A stretch of DNA of 64,000 nucleotides. It comes from Candidatus Hydrogenedentota bacterium (GTDB taxonomy: Bacteria; Hydrogenedentota; Hydrogenedentia; Hydrogenedentales; SLHB01). Position 1 is the stretch's first letter; each line of letters opens with the position of its first letter. The notes below the pieces were generated by a model, which worked only from the letters and a program-made list of their open reading frames with translations, did no database searches and was not told the DNA's origin. Below are positions 21,401-31,813 of the stretch, one piece after another. Made by a program: the position numbers and the translations under genes. Location of the stretch: positions 160,001-224,000 of the forward strand of contig CAXXTH010000017.1 in NCBI GenBank assembly GCA_963668025.2, given 5' to 3'.

Positions 21401-21445
21401 TGGCCTCGACCAGCCCGCCGCCCAGCACCACCGCTTCCGGGCTGA
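18422..21445 (+). CDS. MmeI-like type IIL restriction-modification enzyme (true stop probably ~21236)
   Basis: LSWNEIR, EAQTFWNEFF, IDLFWKG.LLAEHKS (PD-ExK), GAHYTS, DPACGCGNFL, GNPPF and GRLKSDFRYS motifs. The last ~70 codons run into the antisense ROK gene. Confidence 0.92.
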   Translation: MPVLSWNEIRMRAVDFSREWAGAREERAEAQTFWNEFFHVFGIRRRTVATFEEPVKSLKNTYHRIDLFWKGRLLAEHKSAGEDLDKAKSQAFQYIQELVASGRQDEVPRYILLSDFNRMVLYDLEPEEGDPEHVSFNLIDLHAHLGHFAFFIGQKVHRFGEEDEANLKAAAIMADLHDAVSEGHYDAKSLERLLVRLLFCLFADDTGIFESAQFECFILNCTRENGSDLGAQLNALFDVLNTPREKRPSYLDDDLSVFPYVNGELFKESLPVAGFSATMRNAIITACRFDWSRISPAIFGSLFQGIMDAKERRQIGAHYTSERDIMKVIRPLFLDALREEFEQIQKDSRKSHRQNRLMALRQKLTTLRFLDPACGCGNFLVIAYRELRRLEHDILHELYLFSLHGEELDLGEEGRVSRVDVDQFFGIEMGEWPARIAETALWLTDHQMNLELSKASGHLFQRIPLRAAPHIRCANALRFDWNDLLPSKECSYVLGNPPFVGAKFQTASQKVDVKLVVGDEDHAGLLDYVAMWYFLAARYIRGTRVRCAFVSTNSISQGEQVGVLWSKLYSQGVKIHFAHRTFAWQSEAKGKAHVHVIIIGFGLGNVEKKLIYEYEDIKGEPKAIEVFNIAPYLVEGGDITIRNRMKPLCDVPEIGIGNKPIDGGNYLFDEEEKAAFLEREPNAEKYFRPWIGSVEFLHGYHRWCLWLGDASPKELREMPECRKRIQAVKRYRMMSKSYPTRRLAETPERFHVENFPESSFLVLPEVSSEKRKYIPIGYLSPPVICSNLVKIMHDATLYHFGTLTSAMHMAWVRQVCGRLKSDFRYSAKLVYNNYPWPLEATEAKRARVEACAQKVLDVRQRYLDTGNTLADLYDAVCMPAVLVKAHIALDRAVDRCYRREPFPSDRERVEYLFGLYESLTAPLAPSAPAKKSRRKKQVIAFIFSSPAPRPSRPRRGLRRHHPGGRPQGARLGAGKAWRGPRCRVRLHRDRARAWPRPARRPAPPLPG

Positions 21446-22229
21446 GAATGTTGATTAGGTTGCCTGCTGCGATGCCGATGTAATACGCCGCCTTGCGCAC
21501 CACGCCTTCAACCAATGCGTCGCCCGCCTCGATGGCCTTGGCGATGGCGCTGCTGCGGATGTTGGCGAGGTCCGTGCCGCAGTTTTCGAGAATGTAGGGT
21601 GCGTCCTCGCGGGCGGCGAGGGCGGCGATCTCGGCGGCGATGGCGATGCGAGACGCCACGGCTTCGAGGCAGCCCCGTTTGCCACAGCCGCAGTAGGGGC
21701 CGTTCACATCAATGGTCATATGGCCAATTTCGCCCGCCGCACCGGAGAAGCCGTGGAGCAGCTTGCCGTTGATGATGATGCCGCCGCCTATGCCCGTGCC
21801 GGGGAAAATGCCCACGGCATCCTCGCAAGCACTGATCTCTTCGTTGAAACGCCATTCACCATACGTGCCCATATTGACATCATTGTCCACGGCGGCTGGC
21901 GTATTGAAATGCTTTGACAGCACATCGGCCAAGGGAAAGTTTTTCCATCCCAGATTGGGTGTGTCGATGATCGTGCCCGTTTTGGGATCAAGCGGCCCCG
22001 GCGAACCCACTCCGATGCCTTTAAGCTTAGGCTTGCCCGCATCTTCAATGGCTTCTTCGATCACCCGGATGATGCGCGTCTCGACAGGTTCATCGCCTTT
22101 CCGGGTCTTGCTTTTTTTACGGCAACGGCCCACGGCCTCGAACTTATGGTTGTACACCACGGCCATCATTTTCGTACCGCCGATATCGAGGCCTATGACA
22201 TGTTCTCCTGGACGCAGCAGCTTCTCCAT
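21243..22229 (-). CDS. ROK family sugar kinase
   Basis: GLDIGGT, DNDVN, GTGIGGG and GEIGH..CGCGKRGCLE motifs. Confidence 0.94.
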   Translation of the reverse strand: MEKLLRPGEHVIGLDIGGTKMMAVVYNHKFEAVGRCRKKSKTRKGDEPVETRIIRVIEEAIEDAGKPKLKGIGVGSPGPLDPKTGTIIDTPNLGWKNFPLADVLSKHFNTPAAVDNDVNMGTYGEWRFNEEISACEDAVGIFPGTGIGGGIIINGKLLHGFSGAAGEIGHMTIDVNGPYCGCGKRGCLEAVASRIAIAAEIAALAAREDAPYILENCGTDLANIRSSAIAKAIEAGDALVEGVVRKAAYYIGIAAGNLINILSPEAVVLGGGLVEAMPALYLDEAARGIEDHAMPFLRQGVRLVAARLGDDAVALGAACLVAERVKKK

Positions 22230-22349
22230 GGCATTCCTCCCGTGATTTCCAAAGGCAGCATAACATCCTGGAGACAGTGGTTCTAGGTGGTTAAAAAATT
22301 CGGTTTTCCTCACTACCCAGAATTCAGACTATCAGCGCCATGCCCGTCT

Positions 22350-23522
22350 TTACGCGAGCGCCAGGAGCCCCGCGCCGTCGGCGGGAGTCGAGACGAAGGC
22401 GCGGCCATTAAGGCCGGTGTGCGCGTGGTAGCCTGCGAGAAGTTGTTCCGTGAAGGTAGCGATGCGGCCTTTGGCCACGAGGCTGACGGTGCAGCCGCCG
22501 AATCCCGCACCGGTCATGCGTGACCCATAGCAGCCTTCGATGGACTGCGCCACGGCGGCCATGGCGTCAAGTTCGGGGCAAGTCACTTCGTAATCATCGC
22601 GCAGGCTGGCGTCCGATGCGTTCATAAGCGTACCCAAGGCCGCCGCATCGCCCGCGCGCAAGGCGTCGCAGGCTTGCTGGGTCCGGGCGTTTTCCGTGAT
22701 GATGTGGCGTGCGCGGCGGTAGATCACATCGGCCATTTCGCTGCGCGAAGCTTCTAGGTCTTCGAGTGTGAAATCGCGCAGGTGCGTGCCTGTATGCCCG
22801 AGGCGCTTGACCATGGCGGCCACGGCTTCGCGGCATTCGGCCACGCGTTCGTTGTATTTCGAGCCGGTGAGGCCGCGTGACACGGCGGTATCGGCGATCA
22901 CGAAAGCGGCATTGGGAAGCGCGGCAGGCACGAGCTCGTATGCATGGCTGCGGCAATCGAGAAAGAGCACGTGGTTTTTACGGCCCATGCGCACAATAAA
23001 CTGGTCCATGATGCCGGAGTTGAGGCCGAGGAATTGGTTCTCGACGCGCTGGCCGAGCTGGGGCCCGGCAGGGCCTTCGATGTGGAAACCGCCCAATTTC
23101 TCGAAAAGAACCAGTGCGGCCATTTCGAGGCTCGCGGAACTGCTCAGTCCCGCGCCGATGGGCACATCGCCCAAGATAAGCACATCCGCGCCGTGAAGCG
23201 GCTTGCCCAGCTTGGCCAGCTCATCCGCCACGCCCACGATGTAGTCAATCCACGGCTCTTCCGCATTACGCGCACGCTGGGTGAGGTCCGTTTGCACTTC
23301 CCGGTCAAAGTTGCCCGCATACGCATGGAACACCTGGTCCGCGCGCGGATTCGCCAGCAGCAGCGTTTCCTGCTCGATGGCCATGGGCAGCACGAATCCG
23401 TGGTTATAGTCCGTGTGTTCGCCAATGACATTCACCCGCCCCGGCGCGCGCGCGATAATGGCCGGCTCCTTGCCGAACCGGGAAACGAACTGTCCCACTG
23501 CTTGATGCACATCGATACTCAC
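22350..23522 (-). CDS. galK: galactokinase
   Basis: APGRVNVIGEHTDYN, GAGLSSSAS and SRMTGAGFGGC motifs. Confidence 0.96.
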   Translation of the reverse strand: MSIDVHQAVGQFVSRFGKEPAIIARAPGRVNVIGEHTDYNHGFVLPMAIEQETLLLANPRADQVFHAYAGNFDREVQTDLTQRARNAEEPWIDYIVGVADELAKLGKPLHGADVLILGDVPIGAGLSSSASLEMAALVLFEKLGGFHIEGPAGPQLGQRVENQFLGLNSGIMDQFIVRMGRKNHVLFLDCRSHAYELVPAALPNAAFVIADTAVSRGLTGSKYNERVAECREAVAAMVKRLGHTGTHLRDFTLEDLEASRSEMADVIYRRARHIITENARTQQACDALRAGDAAALGTLMNASDASLRDDYEVTCPELDAMAAVAQSIEGCYGSRMTGAGFGGCTVSLVAKGRIATFTEQLLAGYHAHTGLNGRAFVSTPADGAGLLALA

Positions 23523-23565
23523 GGTAGCCTCTCCTTATATAGGGCAAACACGACACAGATTTTTT

Positions 23566-24132
23566 ACCACGAAATACATGGCGCAGCTTGGCCGCAACCA
23601 AAGATTCGGATTTTGAGACCACGAAATACACGAAACACACTAAAATTTGTAGGGTGGGGCTTGCCCCACCGCTCAAAGGATGCATCTGCCATAATACTAT
23701 ATAAAATCGTAAGTTCTAACCAGTTAATACATATTGATTTCCCAAGAGAATCTTCTCAAGAAAACAATGTTTTGCCAAATATTAGTACGAAATACACTAA
23801 GATCGGCCAGCAAACATATTGTTTAGAGTCTTCCTTTGCTTTTTACACACTCATCAAATCTGTGTCATCAGCGTCATCTGTGGATCCAAAATTTTGAAAT
23901 CCACAGATGACGTTGATGACACAGATTCAACACCACACGGGCAACATGACCCTTATCAATTCTGGTGTCGTTCGTACTACTATTTGGCAAAACGTCGTTT
24001 TCTTACGAAAACCTTCCTGAGAAACCATTGCATATCAAATAATTATGTCGAGGACTATATAGGCGTATTCTTTGAGCGGTGGGGCAAGCCCCACCCTACA
24101 AATTTTAGTGTAGCTAGTGTATTTCGTGGTCT
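23566..24132. repeat. concentric triple inverted repeat between galE and galK
   Basis: Arm pairs 23616-23678/24070-24132 (includes a GTAG-type REP hairpin), 23758-23791/23971-24004 and 23857-23885/23899-23927. Confidence 0.88.
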
Positions 24133-24139
24133 TAATCCG

Positions 24140-25126
<987 letters not shown>

Positions 25127-25172
25127 AAGTAGATATTAAACTCCTTTAGTAAAAATACTTTTTTCTTTTTTA

Positions 25173-25250
25173 CACAAAGACTCGAAGACACAAAGAGGCT
25201 ATAACCATTGGAATGTATCTTCAGTTTCCTTGTGTCTTCGAGTCTTTGTG
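25173..25250. repeat. 8-nt-periodic CAC-type inverted repeat
   Basis: CACAAAGACTCGAAGACACAA (25173-25193) and its perfect reverse complement (25230-25250). Confidence 0.85.
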
Positions 25251-25363
25251 GTGAACAAAAAAACGCTATTGCTGAATACACCTTGTTTGAAGCATATAAA
25301 ATGAAGGCAGGTTTGCTCAAATATGCATACCTGCCTTCTTTAAAACTACATCTTGCTTCGTAT

Positions 25364-26475
25364 CTACCGCAATATGGCCGCCTCGGTGTCCGCGTCGAAA
25401 TAGTGGCCTTGGCCATGTCCACATCCAGGACACGAGCCTTGTTGACGGGCGGTTCGGAGGTGGTGTCGATACGGGCGGTGACGGTGTGGCCAGCCACATC
25501 CAGGTAGAGGTAGATCTCGGAGCCCATGGGCTCGACAACCTCGACCACGGCGGTGATGCTCCGGCCTGGCGCGGCTTGCTGGGTGGGATTATCGATAAAG
25601 CTCTCCGGGCGGATGCCCAAGTAGACTTTCTTGCCCGTATATTTTTCGAGGGCGGCGCGGTGCGGCTGGGCCACTTCGAGTGACACTTGGCCGTTGCCGT
25701 CCGTGAAGTACATGGACCGCTTCTCCGCTTTAATCAGCCCCGTGACGAAGTTCATGGGCGGGCTGCCGATGAATCCCGCGACGAATTTGTTGACGGGCTT
25801 GTTGTAGAGTTCGAGGGTGTGAAGCGATCTGCTGGATGAATCCATCAAGCATCACCACGATGCGGTCGCCCATGGTCATGGCCTCGACTTGGTCGTGGGG
25901 TCACGTAAATCATGGTCGATTGCAGGCGCGTATGGAGCTTGCTGATCTCGGCGCGCATTTGAACGCGCAGTTTGGCGTCGAGGTTCGACAACGGCTCGTC
26001 GAAGAGGAATACCTTGGGCTGGCGCACGATGGCGCGGCCTACGGCGACACGCTGGCGCTGGCCGCCCGACAGGGCTTTCGGCTTGCGGTCGAGCAATTCC
26101 GTGATTTTGAGGATTTCGGTCGGCCTCGCGCACGCGGCGGTCGATCTCGTTTTTCGGATATTTGCGGAGCATGAGGCCGAAGGCCATGTTTTTGTAAACG
26201 GTCATATGCGGATACAGCGCGTAATTCTGGAATACCATGGCGATGTCGCGGTTCTTCGGCGGCACATCATTGACGAGCGTATCTCCAATATAAATCTCGC
26301 CTTCCGAGATCTCCTCGAGCCCCGCTATCATGCGGAGCGTCGTGGACTTGCCGCATCCCGAGGGGCCCACGAGGACGACGAATTCCTTGTCGTCGATGAC
26401 GAGATTAGCGTCATGCACGGCAACGACGTTGCCTGGATAGATCTTCTTGACATTTTTCAATTCGACACGCGCCAT
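25364..26475 (-). pseudogene. MalK/UgpC-type sugar ABC ATPase with several frameshifts
   Basis: [39 protein letters not shown] and the TOBE tail are split across frames; TAG at 25364-25366. Confidence 0.88.
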
Positions 26476-26727
26476 GATGTGAGGGCCTCCTACTCGGCAA
26501 AACCAAAATGATGACCGGAAAACCAACAGCCGCAAAACGAGAATAAGGATACTCGTTTGCATACTACTTGATGGAATTTTCCCAGTCAAGTTGGCCGGAG
26601 CGGCAAATTGGGCCCGAATTCACCTCTGGTTTTCGCCAGTTTCACAAAATCCAATGATTGTACGTATCGCAGATGGGGCTTTGTTGTTACTTTTTTAACA
26701 TGAAAGCTACCCCAATCCACCATGGCG

Positions 26728-27585
26728 TCAAAGCCCAAGAAGGCGTTTGCACACATCGGGCCGGTTAGTAATGAGGGCATCAACGCCCCAATCCGCCAGC
26801 CGGCTCATGTCATCCTCAAGGTCAACGGTCCAAGCGGCGACCGATTTGCCATGCTCATGTATCCATGCAATGCGTTCTGGCGTGAGTGAGCCATGATGGC
26901 AGTTGAAGCCTGCTACGCCAAGGGATTCGCCTGCTTGCATAAAATCCGCCCACTCCTGTGGGTGTTCTCCAACGCCGAGAAGCTCGATGCGCCATTCCGG
27001 GACTAGGCGGAGGGCCGTGGCGCATGCCGCCAGTGAAAAGGATTGCAGCACCACATCCTGGCCCATGCCCCGGGCGCGCACTTCTTCGATAATCCGGCTC
27101 GTAAACTCGGCGTTGGCGCTTGTGCTTGAAGCAAGGATTTGCCGGATGCGCGCGCGGGCTTCCCGAGGCGTAATGGCCTCGCGCGCATACTGGCTGATGC
27201 GCTCGACAAGCATCTCGTCGCCGCCTTGATCTTTAATTTCGATATAGACGCCTATTCGGCCTTTTGCGACAGCAAGTGTTTCCGCGAGCGTAGGTATCGC
27301 CTCGTTTGTAAATGCGGCGTCTTTCCAGGAACCAGCATCTAGCGCTTTGAGCTGTGTGCAGGTATGAGCGTTCACCGCGCCCTTGCCATTGGTGGTGCGT
27401 TCGAGGGCGCTGTCGTGGATCACCATGGCTTCACCATGAAGCGCAGGCTGGCAATCGCACTCGAACCAATCCGCGCCCATGCCAATGGCCAAACGAAATG
27501 CGGCTAATGTGTTTTCCGGCGCATAGGCGCTTGCGCCTCGGTGGGCAATTACGGCGGGCTTCCGGGAATGGGCGTTAAATTGCAT
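26728..27585 (-). CDS. glycerophosphodiester phosphodiesterase
   Basis: IAHRGAS..PENTLAAF, IHD, IEIK, WTVD and LITNRP motifs. Confidence 0.93.
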   Translation of the reverse strand: MQFNAHSRKPAVIAHRGASAYAPENTLAAFRLAIGMGADWFECDCQPALHGEAMVIHDSALERTTNGKGAVNAHTCTQLKALDAGSWKDAAFTNEAIPTLAETLAVAKGRIGVYIEIKDQGGDEMLVERISQYAREAITPREARARIRQILASSTSANAEFTSRIIEEVRARGMGQDVVLQSFSLAACATALRLVPEWRIELLGVGEHPQEWADFMQAGESLGVAGFNCHHGSLTPERIAWIHEHGKSVAAWTVDLEDDMSRLADWGVDALITNRPDVCKRLLGL

Positions 27586-27762
27586 GTGTATCCTTCCTTG
27601 GATGGCGGCAAAACGCCCGATAAGGCGGCTGCCTGGGCTTGTTCGTATGCTTAGTTTACTCGGGAGGCATTCATGCCGCAAGGATGCATTCCTGCCCGAT
27701 TCCATGCTAGACTCCGCCACGGTTGCCCGCCAAGGGATTTTGTGAAGGAGCAAACCGGAGCC

Positions 27763-28599
27763 ATGCGTCCCACGCTATTCCATGTATTCGGAACCAGCAT
27801 CCATGCCTACCCGGCCATGCTGGCCCTCGCGTTTATCGCGGGCACGTTGCTGGCGGTGCGTGATGCGGAGCGCCAGCAACTATGGCTTCCCCCCGAGATA
27901 GGATTATGGGCCTTTTTTGGCGCACTCATAGGAGCCAAGGCCTTTCATATTATTCAATATGATACGCCGTGGCATGTTTGGAAGGCGCTGTTGATCTGGC
28001 AGGGCGGGCTGGTGTTTTATGGCGGGCTTCTAGGCGGCATGCTGGCGGCGCTGTTGTTCACGCTTTCGCACAAGACGCCCCCCATTCTAACGGCGGATGT
28101 GATCGCGCCTTATCTGGCCTTGGGAGAAGCCATCACCCGGATCGGCTGTTTTTTGAATGGGTGCTGCTATGGCGCGCCAGCGCATGCGCCTTGGGCGGTC
28201 CAATTTCCCACCAACAGCCCCGCGCATCTTCGGCAGCGATTCGAGGGGCTCATTGGCCCTGATGCGCCTCTGCCGCTTCCGGTCCATCCAACCCAGTTGT
28301 ACATGATCGCGGGGCTGGCAGCCGCTTTTATCATCTTAAAACTCGTGCGGCGCCGGCAACGTTTTCATGGGCAGGTGGCCTTATTATATGCCGTTTTATA
28401 TGGGTTGATCCGTTTCACCGTCGAGATATTTCGCGGCGACAGCGCCCGTTCGGTAGCGGATATGACGGTTTCGCAGTCCATCAGCCTTGCGCTGATACTG
28501 ATTGGCGTGGCGATATATGGCGCCGCCATATGGCGGGGCTGGGGCGCAATCCCTTGTGAGGCGGGATGCGTTACGAAAGAAGCCGATGGGCATAGCTGA
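27763..28599 (+). CDS. lgt: prolipoprotein diacylglyceryl transferase
   Basis: GGLVFYGG, RIGCFLNGCCYG, HPTQLY and RFTVEIFR motifs. Confidence 0.92.
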   Translation: MRPTLFHVFGTSIHAYPAMLALAFIAGTLLAVRDAERQQLWLPPEIGLWAFFGALIGAKAFHIIQYDTPWHVWKALLIWQGGLVFYGGLLGGMLAALLFTLSHKTPPILTADVIAPYLALGEAITRIGCFLNGCCYGAPAHAPWAVQFPTNSPAHLRQRFEGLIGPDAPLPLPVHPTQLYMIAGLAAAFIILKLVRRRQRFHGQVALLYAVLYGLIRFTVEIFRGDSARSVADMTVSQSISLALILIGVAIYGAAIWRGWGAIPCEAGCVTKEADGHS

Positions 28600-28613
28600 T
28601 GCGTTTTTAGTTC

Positions 28614-29831
28614 ATGGCGCATAAGACAACACGGGATATGAGAAAAACGATGCGCGGACAGGTGATGCTACAAGGAGCAATGGCGGTATTGGCGCTAGGA
28701 TTCTGCGGCTGCTGGATGCTACCGGCCAAATTGAACGCGCCATTACAGCCAGGCCAAGCGCGGGCCATGCATGTCACGGAAAATTTTACCGCGAATACTG
28801 AAGGGGCCGCGAAAGGCGCAATCTTTAGCCAGAACGTAGACATGGTGATGCGCCTCCAGGCGGAAGCAAGTGGAAATGGCGGCCAATCACGTATCTCGGC
28901 GGCATTCGATTCATTCAATTTGACGCAAGCAGGCACGGCGGGGCCCTTAGTATTCGCCCATCCGCCCATCCCGGTTATTGCGCGGTTCATTGCACCGGAT
29001 CTGTCTGGGGTAATAGGGAAATCGATTTCGTTCGCCAGGACGCCTGATGGCCGGATATCTGAATTGGAAGGACACGACGCCCTGCTGGCCGCCATGCATG
29101 TTCCAAGCGACTTGTCGCCCATCATGTCCGCTTTGAAATACCCCAGGTTATCCAAAGCACACGCCGAGGAAATCAGCAAAAAGCGTATGGCTCAGCTCGA
29201 ACGACGGTTTAACGCTGAAGGCGAAACGGCATTTTTCCAAAATCTATTGGTGATGCGGCCGGATAAATCCATGCGGCCAGGGGAATCCTGGAGTGAAACT
29301 GGGCTCTATGTGGGAGAACTGCCCGTGCCCGCCACCTTTACGTACACCATTCGCTCGAAAAACGCCATGCGTGTGATCGCGGATGTATCTATCACCATAC
29401 CCGAACAGGAAACCGCCGAACCGTTCTGCTTGACCTTCGGCGAAATGACGCTCCGGTTCAAAGAAGGCAAAGGCGAAGGCGAGGTTTGGCTGGATCCAAA
29501 AACAGGCTGGCTCCTGCGAAGCCATTTCGCCATTGATGCATCGGGGGAAATCACCCCCAGCCGGACATTTGACAAGAAAGCGCTTCCGTTCACCATGCGT
29601 TTGACCAAGAACGTTACCGTATCGATTGCTGATGGCACACCTGTTCCTACACCTGAATCCGTTCCTACACCTGAATCCGTTCCAGCACCTGAAACTGTTC
29701 CAGCACCTGAAACTGTTCCAGCACCTGAAACTGTTCCAGCACCAGAAGCTGCTCCAGCACCAGAGGCTGTTCCTGCGCCAGAAACCGTTCCTGCATCGGA
29801 ACCGCCCTCTACACCTGCGCAAGCACAATAG
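28614..29831 (+). CDS. putative lipoprotein (DUF6263-like) with Pro-rich repeat tail
   Basis: Lipobox-like FCGC; paralogous to the next gene (IGKSxxF, W.E/D, D..TGW); start uncertain. Confidence 0.75.
   Translation: MAHKTTRDMRKTMRGQVMLQGAMAVLALGFCGCWMLPAKLNAPLQPGQARAMHVTENFTANTEGAAKGAIFSQNVDMVMRLQAEASGNGGQSRISAAFDSFNLTQAGTAGPLVFAHPPIPVIARFIAPDLSGVIGKSISFARTPDGRISELEGHDALLAAMHVPSDLSPIMSALKYPRLSKAHAEEISKKRMAQLERRFNAEGETAFFQNLLVMRPDKSMRPGESWSETGLYVGELPVPATFTYTIRSKNAMRVIADVSITIPEQETAEPFCLTFGEMTLRFKEGKGEGEVWLDPKTGWLLRSHFAIDASGEITPSRTFDKKALPFTMRLTKNVTVSIADGTPVPTPESVPTPESVPAPETVPAPETVPAPETVPAPEAAPAPEAVPAPETVPASEPPSTPAQAQ
29643..29804 (+). repeat. 18-bp coding tandem repeat, 9 units of (VPAPET)-type
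   Basis: GTTCCAGCACCTGAAACT-type units within the lipoprotein 3' end. Confidence 0.9.
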
Positions 29832-29925
29832 TTGCGGCGGCCCTATTGAACCAATGGCTTCATTATGCTATTACATCGGTATCGGGGCATGGTTCTCAAC
29901 CGCACACGAAAGAGGGGTTCATGAT

Positions 29926-30822
29926 ATGAGGACGCATCGCATTGCATTTTCCATGGCTGCTGGATTGTTTGTATTCGTTTTCTTGGCGGGGTGCTCGAGC
30001 AAACCCAATTTTGACTTGCGCCTGAAAGCGGGCGATGTGCGCCAAGTAGAAAGCATCTCCACATCGGCGACCAGCATGCAGGTCATGGGCCAGAGCATGA
30101 AAATAAAAACCAGCGCGGAATATGCGATGGAGTTGAAAGTCGATGGAATCGGGGCGGATTCCGCCGCCAAAATCACCGCCACCTATACCAAATACAACAT
30201 CGATTTAAACATGGATGGAGCCAAGATCGGCAACCTGGATCTAGGCGAAAAAATGAAATCGCTGCTGCCCGACTTTAGTTCTCTCATAGGAAAATCCTTC
30301 ACGTTTGAAATCCTGCCCAACGGCTCGATCCGCAATATGATCGGCCACGACGAAATCATGAAGGTTGTCTTGGACAAAATGGCTCTGTTGACTCCGGATA
30401 GCATGGCCGCCCAACTAAGCAATGAACAAATGTCCAAAATCCTAGAAGCGCAATTATCCGTGCATCCAGGCCAGCAAGTACGCGTGAAAGATACCTGGAC
30501 GGATACCGTTAAAGATCCGGGATTGAAGATGGCGGTGCAGCGCACCTTCACGTTGAAAGAACGCTCGAAGGGCATGCTGCTGCTGGATGTGCAATTGAAA
30601 ATCGATAACGCGGCCATCGAAGGAGCAGGCGGCGGGCCCATGGGTGAAATGAAAGTATCAGGCCAAGGTTCGGGCACAATGCAGGTGGACGAGAACACCG
30701 GCTGGGTCGCCAGCAGTGATATCACCATCCAAGCCAGCGGCCAAGCGGGTGCGGGCGTGATGCAAATCCCCGTGAGCGTCGAAGCGGCATCTAAGTTCAC
30801 CTCCACGCCCGCTGTGAAATAA
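29926..30822 (+). CDS. lipoprotein (DUF6263-like)
   Basis: MRTHR...FLAGC lipobox; IGKSFTF, DTW and DENTGW motifs. Confidence 0.8.
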   Translation: MRTHRIAFSMAAGLFVFVFLAGCSSKPNFDLRLKAGDVRQVESISTSATSMQVMGQSMKIKTSAEYAMELKVDGIGADSAAKITATYTKYNIDLNMDGAKIGNLDLGEKMKSLLPDFSSLIGKSFTFEILPNGSIRNMIGHDEIMKVVLDKMALLTPDSMAAQLSNEQMSKILEAQLSVHPGQQVRVKDTWTDTVKDPGLKMAVQRTFTLKERSKGMLLLDVQLKIDNAAIEGAGGGPMGEMKVSGQGSGTMQVDENTGWVASSDITIQASGQAGAGVMQIPVSVEAASKFTSTPAVK

Positions 30823-30975
30823 GGCGGATGGGGTGGAAAAATAGCCCAAAGAGATTCACCACCAAGAGGCATATCATCCAAAAGGAAATACATGGCCAAA
30901 TGGTTTATTACATATAATGAACGATAACGTTTTTGTGCCTTGGCGTCTTTGTGGTTAATAAAAACGGTTCAAAAT

Positions 30976-31065
30976 ATGACTGAAACCCATACGCCTGAAT
31001 TCACCTTGCTGATGCCGTGCCTCGACGAGGCGGAAACCCTCGCCGCGTGCATCCGCGCGGCGCAA
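30976..31065 (+). pseudogene. duplicated 5' fragment of the downstream glycosyltransferase gene
   Basis: 30981-31056 matches 34272-34347 at 73/76 bp; encodes MTETHTPEFTLLMPCLDEAETLAACIR. Confidence 0.92.
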
Positions 31066-31222
31066 TTTAAAGTGATAGGACGTATTAGCGGGCTTGTCAT
31101 CGCAGTTGTTCTATAATCTGCGTTCATTTTGTTCCAAAATCATCGCACATTTTACGGAGGTTAATATATAGTAGTACAAGAGATTGTATATACACTTTCG
31201 CAAGTTTGTGAGGATATCTGCT

Positions 31223-31813
31223 ATGCCGAAAAACGCAATACACCTGAAAATTTTCCTAATGGTGATTCTGTTTGGACTTCCTGTGGTTGCACAAAGCGAA
31301 GAAGGCAAGAGTGCATCCGAACAAAAAGACACCGAACTCATTACCGGAGTGACTCTAGACAGTCCCGACAAGACACATTCTCTATCGGTAAAGAAAGACG
31401 AAGCCGCTGGAGGGGAAATCATACTGAAAGATTTTCGTTCTGGTGAAGAGCGGGAAGTTTATGAATATCCCCGAAGCATCTCCGCCATCTGGTCGCCTAA
31501 TAGCGCGTTGTTCCTACTCAACGATGCGGGAGGAAGTGATTATTCTGACTGCTTGGTTTACATCTTGAATGACAAGACACTCATCGATCTTCAAGATATC
31601 CTGAAAGCAAATAAATCATTGAAAGGGTTCTCCGATGATATACCCGGCAAATCCTATCTAGAGGCCAAGAGATGGATCTCAAATAAACGAATAGAACTCA
31701 CTTTGGATGGTTGGATAGATACGGACATAGACGGATCGGGATTGTATGATTTTAATTTGAAACTTATATTCGATCTAGACAAAAAGTCATTTGAAGTGAT
31801 ATCAAAAAAATGA
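31223..31813 (+). CDS. low-GC secreted hypothetical protein (beta-rich)
   Basis: Signal peptide (IFLMVILFGLPVVAQS); SPD/WSPNS propeller-blade-like motifs. Confidence 0.7.
   Translation: MPKNAIHLKIFLMVILFGLPVVAQSEEGKSASEQKDTELITGVTLDSPDKTHSLSVKKDEAAGGEIILKDFRSGEEREVYEYPRSISAIWSPNSALFLLNDAGGSDYSDCLVYILNDKTLIDLQDILKANKSLKGFSDDIPGKSYLEAKRWISNKRIELTLDGWIDTDIDGSGLYDFNLKLIFDLDKKSFEVISKK

Noticed and set aside
29643-29804. Tandem repeats as a CRISPR array
   Set aside because: 18-bp in-frame units with no spacers; no cas genes in the window
29626-29925. N-terminal HLKLFQ-repeat extension of ORF 29626..30822
   Set aside because: Alternative frame of the upstream gene's repeat; the signal peptide and lipobox start at 29926
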